The position numbers were made by a program, and so were the translations under genes. This document shows positions 17,796 through 28,529 of a stretch of 64,000 nt of DNA, piece by piece. Within the stretch, counting starts at the first letter, position 1; each line of letters begins with the position of its first letter. The notes below the pieces were generated by a model. The model was not told where the DNA came from. It worked only from the letters and a program-made list of their open reading frames with translations, and searched no databases. Source of the stretch: Promethearchaeota archaeon (GTDB lineage Archaea > Asgardarchaeota > Lokiarchaeia > Sigyniarchaeales > SOKP01); the NCBI GenBank assembly GCA_030603385.1, contig JAUVXW010000001.1, forward strand, positions 64,001 to 128,000. Reading direction: 5' to 3'.

Positions 17796-19535
17796 TTACG
17801 CATCACTCTCCTTTTTCATTCCACCGTTTCGGGCTACTTCTTGCTGTATTTCTTCAACTGTTTGGCCTGTAGTGGTATCAAATTCATTTCTAACTTTGGC
17901 AGTTATTTGTTTAGCAATTTGTTTTTCAATTTCAGGCCTGTGAATTGTATTCATAGTGCAGAAACTGACCTCTTTTACTGTGCCATCTGGCATTGCTACC
18001 CCGAAATGTACAATACATCTCTTCACTCTTTCAAGATCCATATTATATGCGTCTTGGAAATGCATTGAGCTGAGAAGAAGTGTACCGTAGCTAAATGAAC
18101 TTATGCTCTCCCAATCACCATTAATTAGCACTCTACTGAACATTTCCATTAATTTACCCGGCTTTTTTGCGTATTGCAGTATACCGAGTAGAAATCGTGC
18201 CCGAAGTTGTGTTTTATCAAGAAAATTTAAACCCTTGTCCAATGTTTCTCCAATTCCTTCCCCTAAGAGATCAGTAAATAATTTAATAGGTTTCTTCTCT
18301 TTATGCTTAATTTTTTCCCAAAATTTATTTGCGAAATCGATAATCTTCAGTGGGTCAAAATATTCCATTATTGGCATCATCTCGCCCGTATCGGGATCTA
18401 TTGCCATATATGAAGCGAAGCCACAGTCAGGATGGCACGTAAACTCGATTGGATCAACATCAGCAAGGTAAGCGATTATTCTACCCATTTCCACGATAGT
18501 GCTCAAAGGATACCATGCATTCTCCATGCTAATCCTTCCCCCTGTCTGTTCCTCTATTTTCTTAAGAATATCTGCGTTTGTAATTCTCAATTCCTCACGT
18601 TCTTCGAAGGCTATTCGGCCACAGAGCGAAACGGGCTGAAATGTTATGCCTCGTACTGTATCAATATTGTCAATAGCGTATTGGATGATGTTACCAACTT
18701 CAATATCTGTAACTCCACTTGCAATCGTTGCTACTAATACAATAGAATTGAGTCCTGCTTCACGGCAATTGTCAATAACTCTTTGCTTATACGGCATTAA
18801 ATTTTTAATCCCGCGAGTCTTCTCATATGTCGCATCGTTTATGCCATCGAATTGGAAGTATAATGTGTCTAAACCAGCTTCTTTCACCTTTTTAGTCCAC
18901 TCGAGGCCACCCTTTTTGGATTGAAAGCCATAACCATTTGTAGCTACAATAACTTCCATGAAACCATGATCCTTAGCCATTTTACAAATCTCAGGAAAAT
19001 CTTTTCTAACAGTTGGTTCTCCACCTGTGAACATGATAGCAATAGCCGGTATCGGTTTGCTCCTGAAATGTGTCATAATTCTATCAATTTCTTCTAAGGT
19101 TGGTTCCACAAGGTAACCACTCTGTAAAACATTAGCATAACAAAAGTTACAGTTAAAATTACAACGATTTGTAAGATCTATCAAGGCTAATGAACAAGTT
19201 GAAATGTGTTGTTCACACAATCCACAATTGTAAGGACAACCTCTTGGATCTTCACCAATACAATCAGGAGGATTAGATTCTCCATCCTTATCAAATTTCC
19301 AAATAATATTTCCATTTTCATCTTTGATAGCCCAATGAGTCCATTTATAATATTTTGCGGAACTGCTGATTTTATCCTTGAAATCCCCATGATCAGGACA
19401 GGTTTTTCTCATAAAAATTTGATCATCTTCTTCATAAACCTCAGCATCAATACGTTCTAAGCATTCTGGACAAACACTCTGAGTCTTTCTATAATATTTC
19501 TCGTTTATATAATCGGAATCGTTTAAATGGTACAT
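17796..19535 (-). CDS. tes: Tetraether lipid synthase (Tes/GDGT-MAS, MJ0619-like radical SAM)
   Basis: N-terminal CPEC...CPDHG, CPYNCGLC..H, radical SAM DLTNRCNFNCNFC, HPDCG and C-terminal RCIVH...FC motifs. Confidence 0.85.
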   Translation of the reverse strand: MYHLNDSDYINEKYYRKTQSVCPECLERIDAEVYEEDDQIFMRKTCPDHGDFKDKISSSAKYYKWTHWAIKDENGNIIWKFDKDGESNPPDCIGEDPRGCPYNCGLCEQHISTCSLALIDLTNRCNFNCNFCYANVLQSGYLVEPTLEEIDRIMTHFRSKPIPAIAIMFTGGEPTVRKDFPEICKMAKDHGFMEVIVATNGYGFQSKKGGLEWTKKVKEAGLDTLYFQFDGINDATYEKTRGIKNLMPYKQRVIDNCREAGLNSIVLVATIASGVTDIEVGNIIQYAIDNIDTVRGITFQPVSLCGRIAFEEREELRITNADILKKIEEQTGGRISMENAWYPLSTIVEMGRIIAYLADVDPIEFTCHPDCGFASYMAIDPDTGEMMPIMEYFDPLKIIDFANKFWEKIKHKEKKPIKLFTDLLGEGIGETLDKGLNFLDKTQLRARFLLGILQYAKKPGKLMEMFSRVLINGDWESISSFSYGTLLLSSMHFQDAYNMDLERVKRCIVHFGVAMPDGTVKEVSFCTMNTIHRPEIEKQIAKQITAKVRNEFDTTTGQTVEEIQQEVARNGGMKKESDA

Positions 19536-19892
19536 ATTATCACTTTTTCAAAAAAATTTTTATTTATTAAAATACTTATTTATACAAAAATAGTTGCGTT
19601 AATTTATAAACAATTTCAGATGATTCATATTATTACAAATAATATTAGTAAAGTTAGTAAAACCTATAGGAATCCCTTCTCCTTACTTCTACAATCATCC
19701 TATGCTATTTTAATATTTTGAAAAAGTTAAGACTCGTTTTTTCTCAATTTCTATATATGAAAGATAAGTATTTCTAAATTGTAATTTATGATTAGTTAAT
19801 TTTATAATATTACAAAATGAAATATTTGGAGATAATGTAGCGAAACTATTAGGATTATAAATTTATATGAAGATACTATCTTCATAAATGAA

Positions 19893-20696
19893 TCATTTAC
19901 CTTTAAAGTCAGGATTTCGCTTTTCAAAAAAAGCTTTCAAACCTTCTTGAAAATCTATAGTTCCCGCAGTTTTTACAATAAGTTCAGCCTCTCTGTCTAG
20001 ATGAGTTTCCAAATCATTAATATACGATTCTTTTAAAAGTTTTTTAGTGAAACCAAACGCGATTGGTGCTCCAAGGCTCAGTTCGATAGAAAGCTTTTTG
20101 ACTTCTTCCATAAATATTTCTGAGCTGACAACCTTATTCACCAAATTAAATTGTAAAGCTTCTTTGGCATTAAGTATTCTATGAAGAAAGAACATTTCAT
20201 TTGCTATACTTAATCCTACAAGTTTGGGAAGATGAAACGTAGAAGACGAATCTGGAGAGAGTCCTATCCGTGTGAAAGCGCAACCAAATCTTGCGTTTTC
20301 CGAGCTTATTCTAAAATCACAGGCAGTGGCGTATCCCAAACCTGCCCCAAAACAAGCACCATTTATCGCAGCAACAGTTAGTTGCTTCATGTTTTTGAGA
20401 ATTTTTATCCCCTTATGTAATCTACTTGCCATTTTAGCCATGAATTCATCAGGGACTTCTGCTTTTTGAAATTTGACCACATCTCCTCCAGCACAAAAAG
20501 TTTTTCCTCTTCCAGTAAGAATTAGGCATCTTACCTTTGGATTATCTGAAATTTCTATAAAAGCTGAAATTAGTTCATCAAGAAACTCAATATTGAATGC
20601 ATTTAATTGCTTAGGGCGATCGAAATATATAATTGCTGATTTATTTGATTCATCAATCTCTGCTTCTATTGATTTATAATTCGTCATAATGTTCAA
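19893..20696 (-). CDS. Enoyl-CoA hydratase/isomerase (PaaG-like)
   Basis: FCAGGD, AINGACFGAG, FTRIGLSPD, FFEKRNPDFKG. Confidence 0.9.
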   Translation of the reverse strand: MNIMTNYKSIEAEIDESNKSAIIYFDRPKQLNAFNIEFLDELISAFIEISDNPKVRCLILTGRGKTFCAGGDVVKFQKAEVPDEFMAKMASRLHKGIKILKNMKQLTVAAINGACFGAGLGYATACDFRISSENARFGCAFTRIGLSPDSSSTFHLPKLVGLSIANEMFFLHRILNAKEALQFNLVNKVVSSEIFMEEVKKLSIELSLGAPIAFGFTKKLLKESYINDLETHLDREAELIVKTAGTIDFQEGLKAFFEKRNPDFKGK

Positions 20697-20784
20697 AATT
20701 AATGAATAGATAATAAATTATTTATCAGGCTTTAAATGAAGTTTAAGAAATATGCTTGTTATTATTTCAAAAATTTTTAAAAAA

Positions 20785-22164
20785 TTACTTGAATTTTTCT
20801 TTCAATGATCTTGTTAATTTATCTAAATTTTTAGATAGTTTTAATTCAAAGGTTTGAACCTCGTTTAAATCCTTATACCTTTCTGGTAACTTCTTTATAT
20901 TTTCTCTATAGAACGCTTGGATATCATCAATTTCTGGTAATTTACGAATTAATTCTCCATTTTTCATGATTGGTTGTAATAATGGTGTTGAATCAGAGGG
21001 AGTAGACTCATCATCAAGAGCTAAGATATCCTCCTTAAACTTACCGTTTTTCTCAAATACCCTATAAACTTGCTTAATCCCAGGATAAGTTATTTTTTCT
21101 TCACTAATCTTTATTTTTGGAGTGTTGTTATATTCTATTAATTTGTAAACACCAGCAATGGTTGGGTCATCCCGTGAGGTTGCTAATTCTGTTCCTACTC
21201 CAAATGCATCGATTGGAGCATTTTGATCGATTATTTCTTTAATTTTATATTCATTGAGGTCAGAACTAGCGACAATTAGAACCTTTTCACACCCGATTTC
21301 ATCTAGAATTTTTCTAACTTTTATGGCATGATTAATTAGATCACCAGAATCTATTCTTACTCCTTTTATTTTATTTCCAAATTGAGCACATTTTTCAGCA
21401 CCCTTTTCAGTATCGTAGGTATCAATTAAAAGAATTGAATTCTCATCATAAATATCAAAGTATGTTTTAAAGCTATCTATCTCTTTATCAAATTTTTGAA
21501 CAAAACTATGAGCCATAGTACCGGTTGAGTTAATTCCTAATTCAATATCAGCAATTACATTACTTGTACCATTGAAACCTGCAATATAACTTGCTCTGGC
21601 GGCATAAACACCAGCAAGAGGACTATGAGATCTTCTTGTACCAAACTCGAGTAGGATCTTATCAAGTGCAATATTTCTAATTCTTGATGCTTTTGAAGCA
21701 ACTAGAGTTTGATAATTAATTACATTTAGTAAGTATGTTTCTGCTAACTGTGCATGAATGATTGGACCTTGAATTCTCATAATTGGCTCATTAGGGAAAA
21801 AATAGTTTCCTTCTTCCATTGACCATACGTTTAAATTAAATTTGAAATTAGGTAAATACTCGTCAAAAAAACTTGAATCAATTCTTTTGAAAACTGGTTT
21901 ATTTCTTAAAAAATCGATGGTTCGTTTTGTAAATCTAGCATTTAGTAAATAATAAATTGCTTGTTCTAAACCTGCAAAAATTAAATAATTACGGTTTTTA
22001 GGAAATTTTCTAATAAAGAGTTCAAAAGCAGCAATGTCATCTTCTTCCTTGATATTATTTTCGAGGTTATATTGAAAATATGCTGCTGTCATTGTGAGTT
22101 GATAGAAATCAGTACTCAAAATCATATTCTCATCATTTACATAACCAGAACTATAATTAGTCAT
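20785..22164 (-). CDS. pncB: Nicotinate phosphoribosyltransferase
   Basis: TDFYQLTM, EFGTRR, GTMAHSFV, LIDTYD, VRIDSGD, GVYKL. Confidence 0.95.
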   Translation of the reverse strand: MTNYSSGYVNDENMILSTDFYQLTMTAAYFQYNLENNIKEEDDIAAFELFIRKFPKNRNYLIFAGLEQAIYYLLNARFTKRTIDFLRNKPVFKRIDSSFFDEYLPNFKFNLNVWSMEEGNYFFPNEPIMRIQGPIIHAQLAETYLLNVINYQTLVASKASRIRNIALDKILLEFGTRRSHSPLAGVYAARASYIAGFNGTSNVIADIELGINSTGTMAHSFVQKFDKEIDSFKTYFDIYDENSILLIDTYDTEKGAEKCAQFGNKIKGVRIDSGDLINHAIKVRKILDEIGCEKVLIVASSDLNEYKIKEIIDQNAPIDAFGVGTELATSRDDPTIAGVYKLIEYNNTPKIKISEEKITYPGIKQVYRVFEKNGKFKEDILALDDESTPSDSTPLLQPIMKNGELIRKLPEIDDIQAFYRENIKKLPERYKDLNEVQTFELKLSKNLDKLTRSLKEKFK

Positions 22165-22304
22165 TTTCTTTAGAGATTTTAACTTAGGTTTTTTAATTAA
22201 TTATTTTAATTCTATCAATTATAAACCTTTTTTCTGAAAAGAATATGATTAAAACTTAGAACAAAGAAAAAATTAAAGGTCTCTCAGTTAAAAACAATCT
22301 AGAA

Positions 22305-23192
22305 TTAATTCAATTTTTCAGAATTCAAATTAGTTAATTCTACACTAATATCCCATAAATGTTTAGCTAATTCTTTATCATAGGATGCTTTAACAGACTT
22401 TGCTTCCTTTCTTTTTTTAAAATATTTTCCGCTTACACCTTCAATATCAGGAGAAGAGGCACAATATATTGATGTTTTAGCACCTCTTTTTGGGCTTCTC
22501 ATAAACAAGCCTATAAATGGAAAGAAATATTTAACAAATTTTCTAAAGTTACGAACCATATTTGTTTTTACATATCCGGGATGAAGACAGTTAATGGTAA
22601 CCCTATTTCCATCAAATCTCTTCGCAAATTCATAGGTAAAAATAATGACTGCTAATTTAGATATGGCATATGCTTTTAATTGGCGGTAGTGCTTTTCCCC
22701 ATTAAGGTTATCAAAATCAATAGATTTAGCATGTATATTTGAAGTGACATTCACTATTCTTGCGGGTTTACCAGCTTTAAGTGAATCAAATAATAAATTA
22801 CATAACAAAAAAGGAGCCAAGAAATTGACAGCTAATGTAGTTTCAATTCCATCTTCGGCCAATATAAGTTTGCTAAGATTTAGACCAGCGTTATTAATAA
22901 GTACATGCAAATGTTGATATTTTTCTTTAAAATCTTTAACTAACTGATGGATTGCTTTTTGTGAAGATAAATCTGCTAACAATAAGTAAACTGATTCATT
23001 ATTGGATTTTCTCTTAATATCCTTCAATGCCTGTTCACCTCTTTCTTTGTTGCGGCATACCATAACAATAGTTGCTCCCATTTTTGCCAATCCAATAGCT
23101 GTAGCCTTGCCAATCCCAGAATTAGCACCAGTAATCATACAAATTTTTCCTTTCATAATAATATCAAATATGTGATTATTAAATTTAGCCAA
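22305..23192 (-). CDS. Short-chain dehydrogenase/reductase (retinol-DH-like)
   Basis: TGANSGIG, NNAG, YAISK, HPGYVKT; likely start at MKGKICM. Confidence 0.92.
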   Translation of the reverse strand: MAKFNNHIFDIIMKGKICMITGANSGIGKATAIGLAKMGATIVMVCRNKERGEQALKDIKRKSNNESVYLLLADLSSQKAIHQLVKDFKEKYQHLHVLINNAGLNLSKLILAEDGIETTLAVNFLAPFLLCNLLFDSLKAGKPARIVNVTSNIHAKSIDFDNLNGEKHYRQLKAYAISKLAVIIFTYEFAKRFDGNRVTINCLHPGYVKTNMVRNFRKFVKYFFPFIGLFMRSPKRGAKTSIYCASSPDIEGVSGKYFKKRKEAKSVKASYDKELAKHLWDISVELTNLNSEKLN

Positions 23193-23326
23193 AACAAATC
23201 CCTAAAGATGAGAACAATTAATATCCTAATTAAAAGTAAATTAGAGAAGGAGATAAAATTAATAAAATCTTTGAAGTACTTCAAAAATGCTGATAAAATG
23301 AGAAAACATTCTGTTAAACTCTTTTT

Positions 23327-24505
23327 TTAGAGCTTTTGAACTTTCCTAATATTTTTTACCAGTATTCCCCAGAAATTATCTTTATCAAGTTTACCATTTA
23401 TACTAAGCTTGTCGTTTACTTTTAATTTCTGATCATTCTGCAATTTTTCGCTAATTCTAATTTTTAATTTTTCAATGCCTACAATATCTTCCTCTCGAAA
23501 ATCACTTTTTCGATATACTCTTGGTCCTAACCTAACATCTTTTAATGTGATATGATAATAAATGGTAACATTTCCTTGAAAGTCTGATTGTCTTTCAACA
23601 ATATCTAATATTTCACCTTCATAAATAGTAATACTATTATTCAGGAATTTCATTAATACCGCACTATCAGAACTCTCATCTACTAATCTTCTTTTATCAC
23701 CACTTCTAGGTCGTTCCTCCCCTGTTCTAGCAGCTGAGAGTTTGATCGAATCGATAAGTTCTTCAAAGTTATCTGGTAATTTTGTTAAAGTCCAATCTGA
23801 AAGATTAAAATATTCTTCTTTCAATGAGAGAATAAATCCCACCCAAAAATGGCTACAAAAACCCATATTAGCGCCAGTTCTGCAATCACAATCTCTTTCC
23901 GGATCATTTATATTGGATGGTGTAATAGATAAATACGATTTAGTATCCCAGTTCCAACCTTTAAAGGAAATTTCAACTTCATGATTTTCAGGGTTAACTA
24001 TATTGATTTCAAAGATATTTTCTCTATCTTCCCCGTTTATTTTCTTTAAAGCTAGATTTATCTCTTTTGAAATAATTTCTAACTCATTGTTGTATAATAC
24101 TCGTTGATGTTCCTCTTCAGATAATGAATCTAAAATATATTCTAATAAATCACTTTTTTTCGAGTATCTTGAGCAATCTTCAAGATAGTATTCTTTACAA
24201 AGTGCTCTTAATTCTTTTACGTTCAATGATTGCAATAAATAAGTCAAATAAGCTTTATTATCAATTTTCCTTAGTTTATTTAATGAGGCTATAATCTCCT
24301 CGTCAGTCACCTCATCCTCAGAAATTAATCCTTTTTCCATTAAGATTTCCTTAACATTATCTTCCGAGAGATTTTGTAAAATAAAATCTATTAAATTTGG
24401 TTTAGATAAACTTGAATAACCCTTTAAATTGTTATCTTTACAGATTTCTTTTAATTCTTTTGAAGTAAACGAGTGTAATACTCTAGCTTTATCTAAATAA
24501 CTCAT
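23327..24505 (-). CDS. Putative nucleic-acid-binding protein: two SAP/HeH-like repeats, SWIM zinc finger, C-terminal OB-like domain
   Basis: SKELKEICKDNNLKGYSSLSKPNLI and VKELRALCKEY..SKKSDLL repeats; CDC-x8-CSH SWIM pattern; beta-rich C-terminus. Confidence 0.65.
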   Translation of the reverse strand: MSYLDKARVLHSFTSKELKEICKDNNLKGYSSLSKPNLIDFILQNLSEDNVKEILMEKGLISEDEVTDEEIIASLNKLRKIDNKAYLTYLLQSLNVKELRALCKEYYLEDCSRYSKKSDLLEYILDSLSEEEHQRVLYNNELEIISKEINLALKKINGEDRENIFEINIVNPENHEVEISFKGWNWDTKSYLSITPSNINDPERDCDCRTGANMGFCSHFWVGFILSLKEEYFNLSDWTLTKLPDNFEELIDSIKLSAARTGEERPRSGDKRRLVDESSDSAVLMKFLNNSITIYEGEILDIVERQSDFQGNVTIYYHITLKDVRLGPRVYRKSDFREEDIVGIEKLKIRISEKLQNDQKLKVNDKLSINGKLDKDNFWGILVKNIRKVQKL

Positions 24506-24871
24506 TATATCATCTCTAAGATTTCATTAATATATTATTTAAAATTACTATTTAACACTTTTTATTTAATCTCTATATAAAAGTTAAGAATTTTAAGATT
24601 CACTTTAAATTCGCTTTAAAGATAAGAACTAACATTAAAGTAAAATTAAGAAATAAAAATATATTTATCAAATATGTAAAAAAATCCTCTTTTTTTTATC
24701 ATTTTTCGACATTTTCTTTGAAAAAAATGTCAAAAACCAAAAATCATTGCTATGCTGAATCGTATGAAAATGTTTAAATACAAGATTATCCTTTTTAATT
24801 AAATATATAAATATTTAAATAAATAAATCTTTAAGTGAACAAAATAAATTTCGACTTGGTGGTAATGAAAG

Positions 24872-25081
24872 ATGAGCATTGAAAGTCCTGATTTTCTGAA
24901 ACATTTTGGAGAGATAAAATTTGCTGAAGAGAATAGTATGTGTATAAATGATTTTGAACTCGCTTTAAAGAAACATGTATTCGGAAAGAAAAAAATTCCA
25001 AGTGGAAGTTATAAATTTGGTGAAATTGATAATAGTTCTATAAAAGATTTTGAACGTTCTCTTAAAAATTATTTTTGGTAA
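24872..25081 (+). CDS. Small hypothetical protein with internal duplication
   Basis: GGTGGT SD before ATG; FGEI...I.DFE..LK..F motif occurs twice. Confidence 0.6.
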   Translation: MSIESPDFLKHFGEIKFAEENSMCINDFELALKKHVFGKKKIPSGSYKFGEIDNSSIKDFERSLKNYFW

Positions 25082-25403
25082 AATATTAGATTTTAAATTT
25101 ACTTATACTCCTTCTCTTTATTGTTTCTATATTTTTTAACAGTATACTAACAATTATTACAAATTCTATACTAAGGATTTATATTATTTTACCAATACCA
25201 TAGTCTTTATTGATATTGGAAATTCTTCATTGCATATTTTTCAAAATGGCGTAAAATGTAAGATTTTCACTCTTTTCTGGAAATTATTGATTAAAATAAA
25301 TAAATTTATAAGTTTCATTTATCGGTAACAACGTAAGAGTATTTACGTAAAATTTATTTTTGTACAATAACTATATTAAATATAATAAAAAAAATCTGAA
25401 AAT

Positions 25404-25862
25404 ATGGCAGAAAACGAGAAAGAATTTCTTTGGACAGTAAAACTGGATTGGTTAAACATCATAAGTATACTTAACCTAAACAACATTAACCAGATTTCAG
25501 AATTCAAAAAAACGAAAGCTATAAAAAGACTTACTAAAATTTACGGCTTGGAAAGTCTAATGTCTTTCGAACCAGAATACTTAGAAAACCTAGTAGTAAA
25601 TGAGTTAAAGGAATTAATGAAAAAAGAATTGACTATGAATGCTAAGAAGCAGGAAAGAATTGAGAGAGAGATGCGTAATAAAATAATACCATTTCAAAGA
25701 GGTGGTATTATTAAAATTGATCCTCGGGATTTAAAAGATTTTAAGGGAGATGAAAATGATTTGCTTAAGTACCTTTATAAAAAATTTCTTGGGGATAAGG
25801 ATGATGATAAAGACGACGAAAAAGATAAATACAAAGAGGATAACACAGGTTATTATATTTAA
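25404..25862 (+). CDS. Hypothetical protein with acidic C-terminus
   Basis: 152-aa ORF with host-like composition; no recognised motif. Confidence 0.6.
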   Translation: MAENEKEFLWTVKLDWLNIISILNLNNINQISEFKKTKAIKRLTKIYGLESLMSFEPEYLENLVVNELKELMKKELTMNAKKQERIEREMRNKIIPFQRGGIIKIDPRDLKDFKGDENDLLKYLYKKFLGDKDDDKDDEKDKYKEDNTGYYI

Positions 25863-25917
25863 TCGAATATCTTAAATCTATTCTAATTTCTAACTTTTCA
25901 GTACATATATAAAAAAG

Positions 25918-27516
25918 CTAATAGATTTTGTGTTCTAGGTGCTTTGCATCTACTTTTTTTATCTTTCTATAACTAAAACAGAAGATTAAATAAATTAATC
26001 CAGACCAAATTATCCATGATAAAGCCTGAAATACATCTATATTTAAGATGTAATTAATATAATCTTCTAATACATAAAATCCAAAATCATTCAAATCACC
26101 GGGAAAATCTACTATTTCGGGATTAAGATTAATCGCAATAACTTCATGTGTATTGTTTTTCAAAGTTTCAAAAACGTTAGTAATAGAAAAATTTGTTGGA
26201 TCAACTAACTTTAATTTAATAAAAGTGTTTAAATCCTCATTAGTATGAATATCTGAGCCACCCATACAAGTAAGATTATTAGATAAGCAATAATCTCTTA
26301 TTTGCTGATAATCCCATCCATAACTTCCACCATTAACAATTTTAAAACCATCGACACCCCAATCTCTTAACTGATCCAAAGAATATGGAACCCCGTAACC
26401 CCCATTAGGATTTGGGACATAATTGTAGTGATTAACAGTAATATAACCCCCATTTGCTTTTACATAACTTATTGTATCTGAAGCGTTCATAGCTATAGGA
26501 CCTCCAGAAGTATATGATTGAAGGGGTACAATCTCTTCAATAATACCAAAAATATTCATATGTATCTCATTTGCATTGTCCGTCCATTCTTCTGCCATAA
26601 AAACCACAAAATCTAAGCTATGGTCTTCCACGTACTTTTGGGCCGATTTCGCACCTCTTAAGTTGTCATGGTCAGAAAAGGCTGCTCCTGAAATTCCTTG
26701 TTTTATATACCATTTAATTCTTTCCTCTACAGTAATCCATCCATCGGAATAAGTAGTGTGTACATGAAAATCAAACAAAAATTCATCATCATCAAGAGGT
26801 ACTATTGGAGTAATTTTATGGGGCGGAACGGGTGTAGAGATTAAGATAATATTAGTACTAAGTAGTAAAACTCCAATCCCCACGAATAACACAATTTCTC
26901 GTTTTATCCCCTGTAATTTCGAGTTTTTTCGGTAAAAAGATTTCTTAGATAAATTGAGTGATAACCTATGATGAAATAATTTAATACACATGTAAACAAT
27001 TTTTATGAAGATTAGAACAATGCTAATACGGACAGCTAATTGTAAAGGCACCATAAAATATCTATTTACAAAAAAATAGCCTTGAACCATATATCCAATA
27101 AGAATATATATCCCAACTATCAGAATAGCGACACTTAATATTTTAAAAGAAAATCTAATGATCTCAGCTAATGGATAAGAGATTATTTTAAACTTTTCTG
27201 ACCGAAATAAACCAATTCTCTTTAAACATAAATAAATTCCTCTGAAAATTGGATAAAACATCAAAAATAGAAACATCCATGTGAATTTAAACTCTAAAAC
27301 ATAACCAATTGCATAAAAAGGCTCTATAATATATCTCAACAGTGGAAACTTACTTGTATAGTTTGAAGAAACATCAACTTGTCCAAGTGCATCATAGAAA
27401 ATTACAGTTCTTTCTCCAATAATAGATAACCCTACGAGAAAAATAAACCATATAAAGAAAGCGATAGAAATGATTGTAAAAAACTTATTATTTCTGATGA
27501 ATAATCGAAGTTTCAT
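25918..27516 (-). CDS. Membrane-anchored PHP-domain phosphoesterase
   Basis: Several N-terminal TMs, then DFHVHTTYSDG, SDHD, EEWT, VNH, GGSDIH and a C-terminal TM; start placed at MKLRL after GTAG (ORF track extends to 27594). Confidence 0.82.
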   Translation of the reverse strand: MKLRLFIRNNKFFTIISIAFFIWFIFLVGLSIIGERTVIFYDALGQVDVSSNYTSKFPLLRYIIEPFYAIGYVLEFKFTWMFLFLMFYPIFRGIYLCLKRIGLFRSEKFKIISYPLAEIIRFSFKILSVAILIVGIYILIGYMVQGYFFVNRYFMVPLQLAVRISIVLIFIKIVYMCIKLFHHRLSLNLSKKSFYRKNSKLQGIKREIVLFVGIGVLLLSTNIILISTPVPPHKITPIVPLDDDEFLFDFHVHTTYSDGWITVEERIKWYIKQGISGAAFSDHDNLRGAKSAQKYVEDHSLDFVVFMAEEWTDNANEIHMNIFGIIEEIVPLQSYTSGGPIAMNASDTISYVKANGGYITVNHYNYVPNPNGGYGVPYSLDQLRDWGVDGFKIVNGGSYGWDYQQIRDYCLSNNLTCMGGSDIHTNEDLNTFIKLKLVDPTNFSITNVFETLKNNTHEVIAINLNPEIVDFPGDLNDFGFYVLEDYINYILNIDVFQALSWIIWSGLIYLIFCFSYRKIKKVDAKHLEHKIY

Positions 27517-27779
27517 AATAACTACTTGTATTGAACTACCATATAAATTTAACATTATTTTGGGACGCTTCTTTTGAAACGAGTTTAGTGCCAAATTTAA
27601 TTATAAAAAAGTTCTCAATAGTCATCAATAATCCTATAAATAATCTACAGGTAAATTATTACATATATAATTACCAGCTTTTTAAGTAATAAAAGTCTAA
27701 AAAAGTAGTGAATAAAAAAAATTATTAATTTTTCGTGAATTATTCGACTTACTATATGTATAAATAATTTGAGGGGAAA

Positions 27780-28355
27780 ATGGAGTCTAGAGAACCAAAC
27801 TATGAGATAGGTGTGATTCATGGACGATTCCAAGTGTTGCATAATGATCACATAAAGTATTTAATGGCAGGTAAAAAATTATGCAAATTTCTGGTAGTGG
27901 GTATTACTAATCCTGATCCATCGTTGACAAGAAACTCAGATGCCAATCCACATCGCAGTACTCCTCTTGCAAATCCATTAACTTATTATGAACGTTACTT
28001 GATGATACAGGCTGCACTCCTGGAACAAGGCTTACTACTAACAGAATTCTCTATTGTGCCATTTCCTATAAACGTGCCAGAGCTCATAAAATATTATGTT
28101 CCTTTAGATGCAATATTCTTTCTAACAATCTATGATGACTGGGGACGACAAAAAAAAGATTATTTTCAATCTCTTGGATTAAAGATTCACGTACTCTGGG
28201 AAGTCCCCTTAGAACAAAAGGGGCTCAGCTCAAGTGATATACGTGATTTGATGAGAAAAGGTGAAAAATGGGAGCATCTTGTACCTACAAGCGTTGCAAA
28301 CCTTATGAAGCAATGGAATGTTACCAAAAGATTAAAAGAAATCGGTTTAAAATAA
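27780..28355 (+). CDS. Nicotinamide/nicotinate-nucleotide adenylyltransferase (cytidylyltransferase family)
   Basis: HGRFQVLHNDH (HxGH variant), NPLTYYER, LSSSDIR, WEHLVP. Confidence 0.82.
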   Translation: MESREPNYEIGVIHGRFQVLHNDHIKYLMAGKKLCKFLVVGITNPDPSLTRNSDANPHRSTPLANPLTYYERYLMIQAALLEQGLLLTEFSIVPFPINVPELIKYYVPLDAIFFLTIYDDWGRQKKDYFQSLGLKIHVLWEVPLEQKGLSSSDIRDLMRKGEKWEHLVPTSVANLMKQWNVTKRLKEIGLK

Positions 28356-28529
28356 GAATTTGTCTAATATTTAGTATATAAAAACAATTTATGAGTTAAT
28401 CAATTTTTACTTAAAGCTTTAAAAGAGATTATCTTTATTAATGTTAATGGTAATCTATATATATAAAACTTAAATAAAGAGATACTGGTGATATAAGTCA
28501 CTTTATTCCAAGCATATACGAGAATCATA

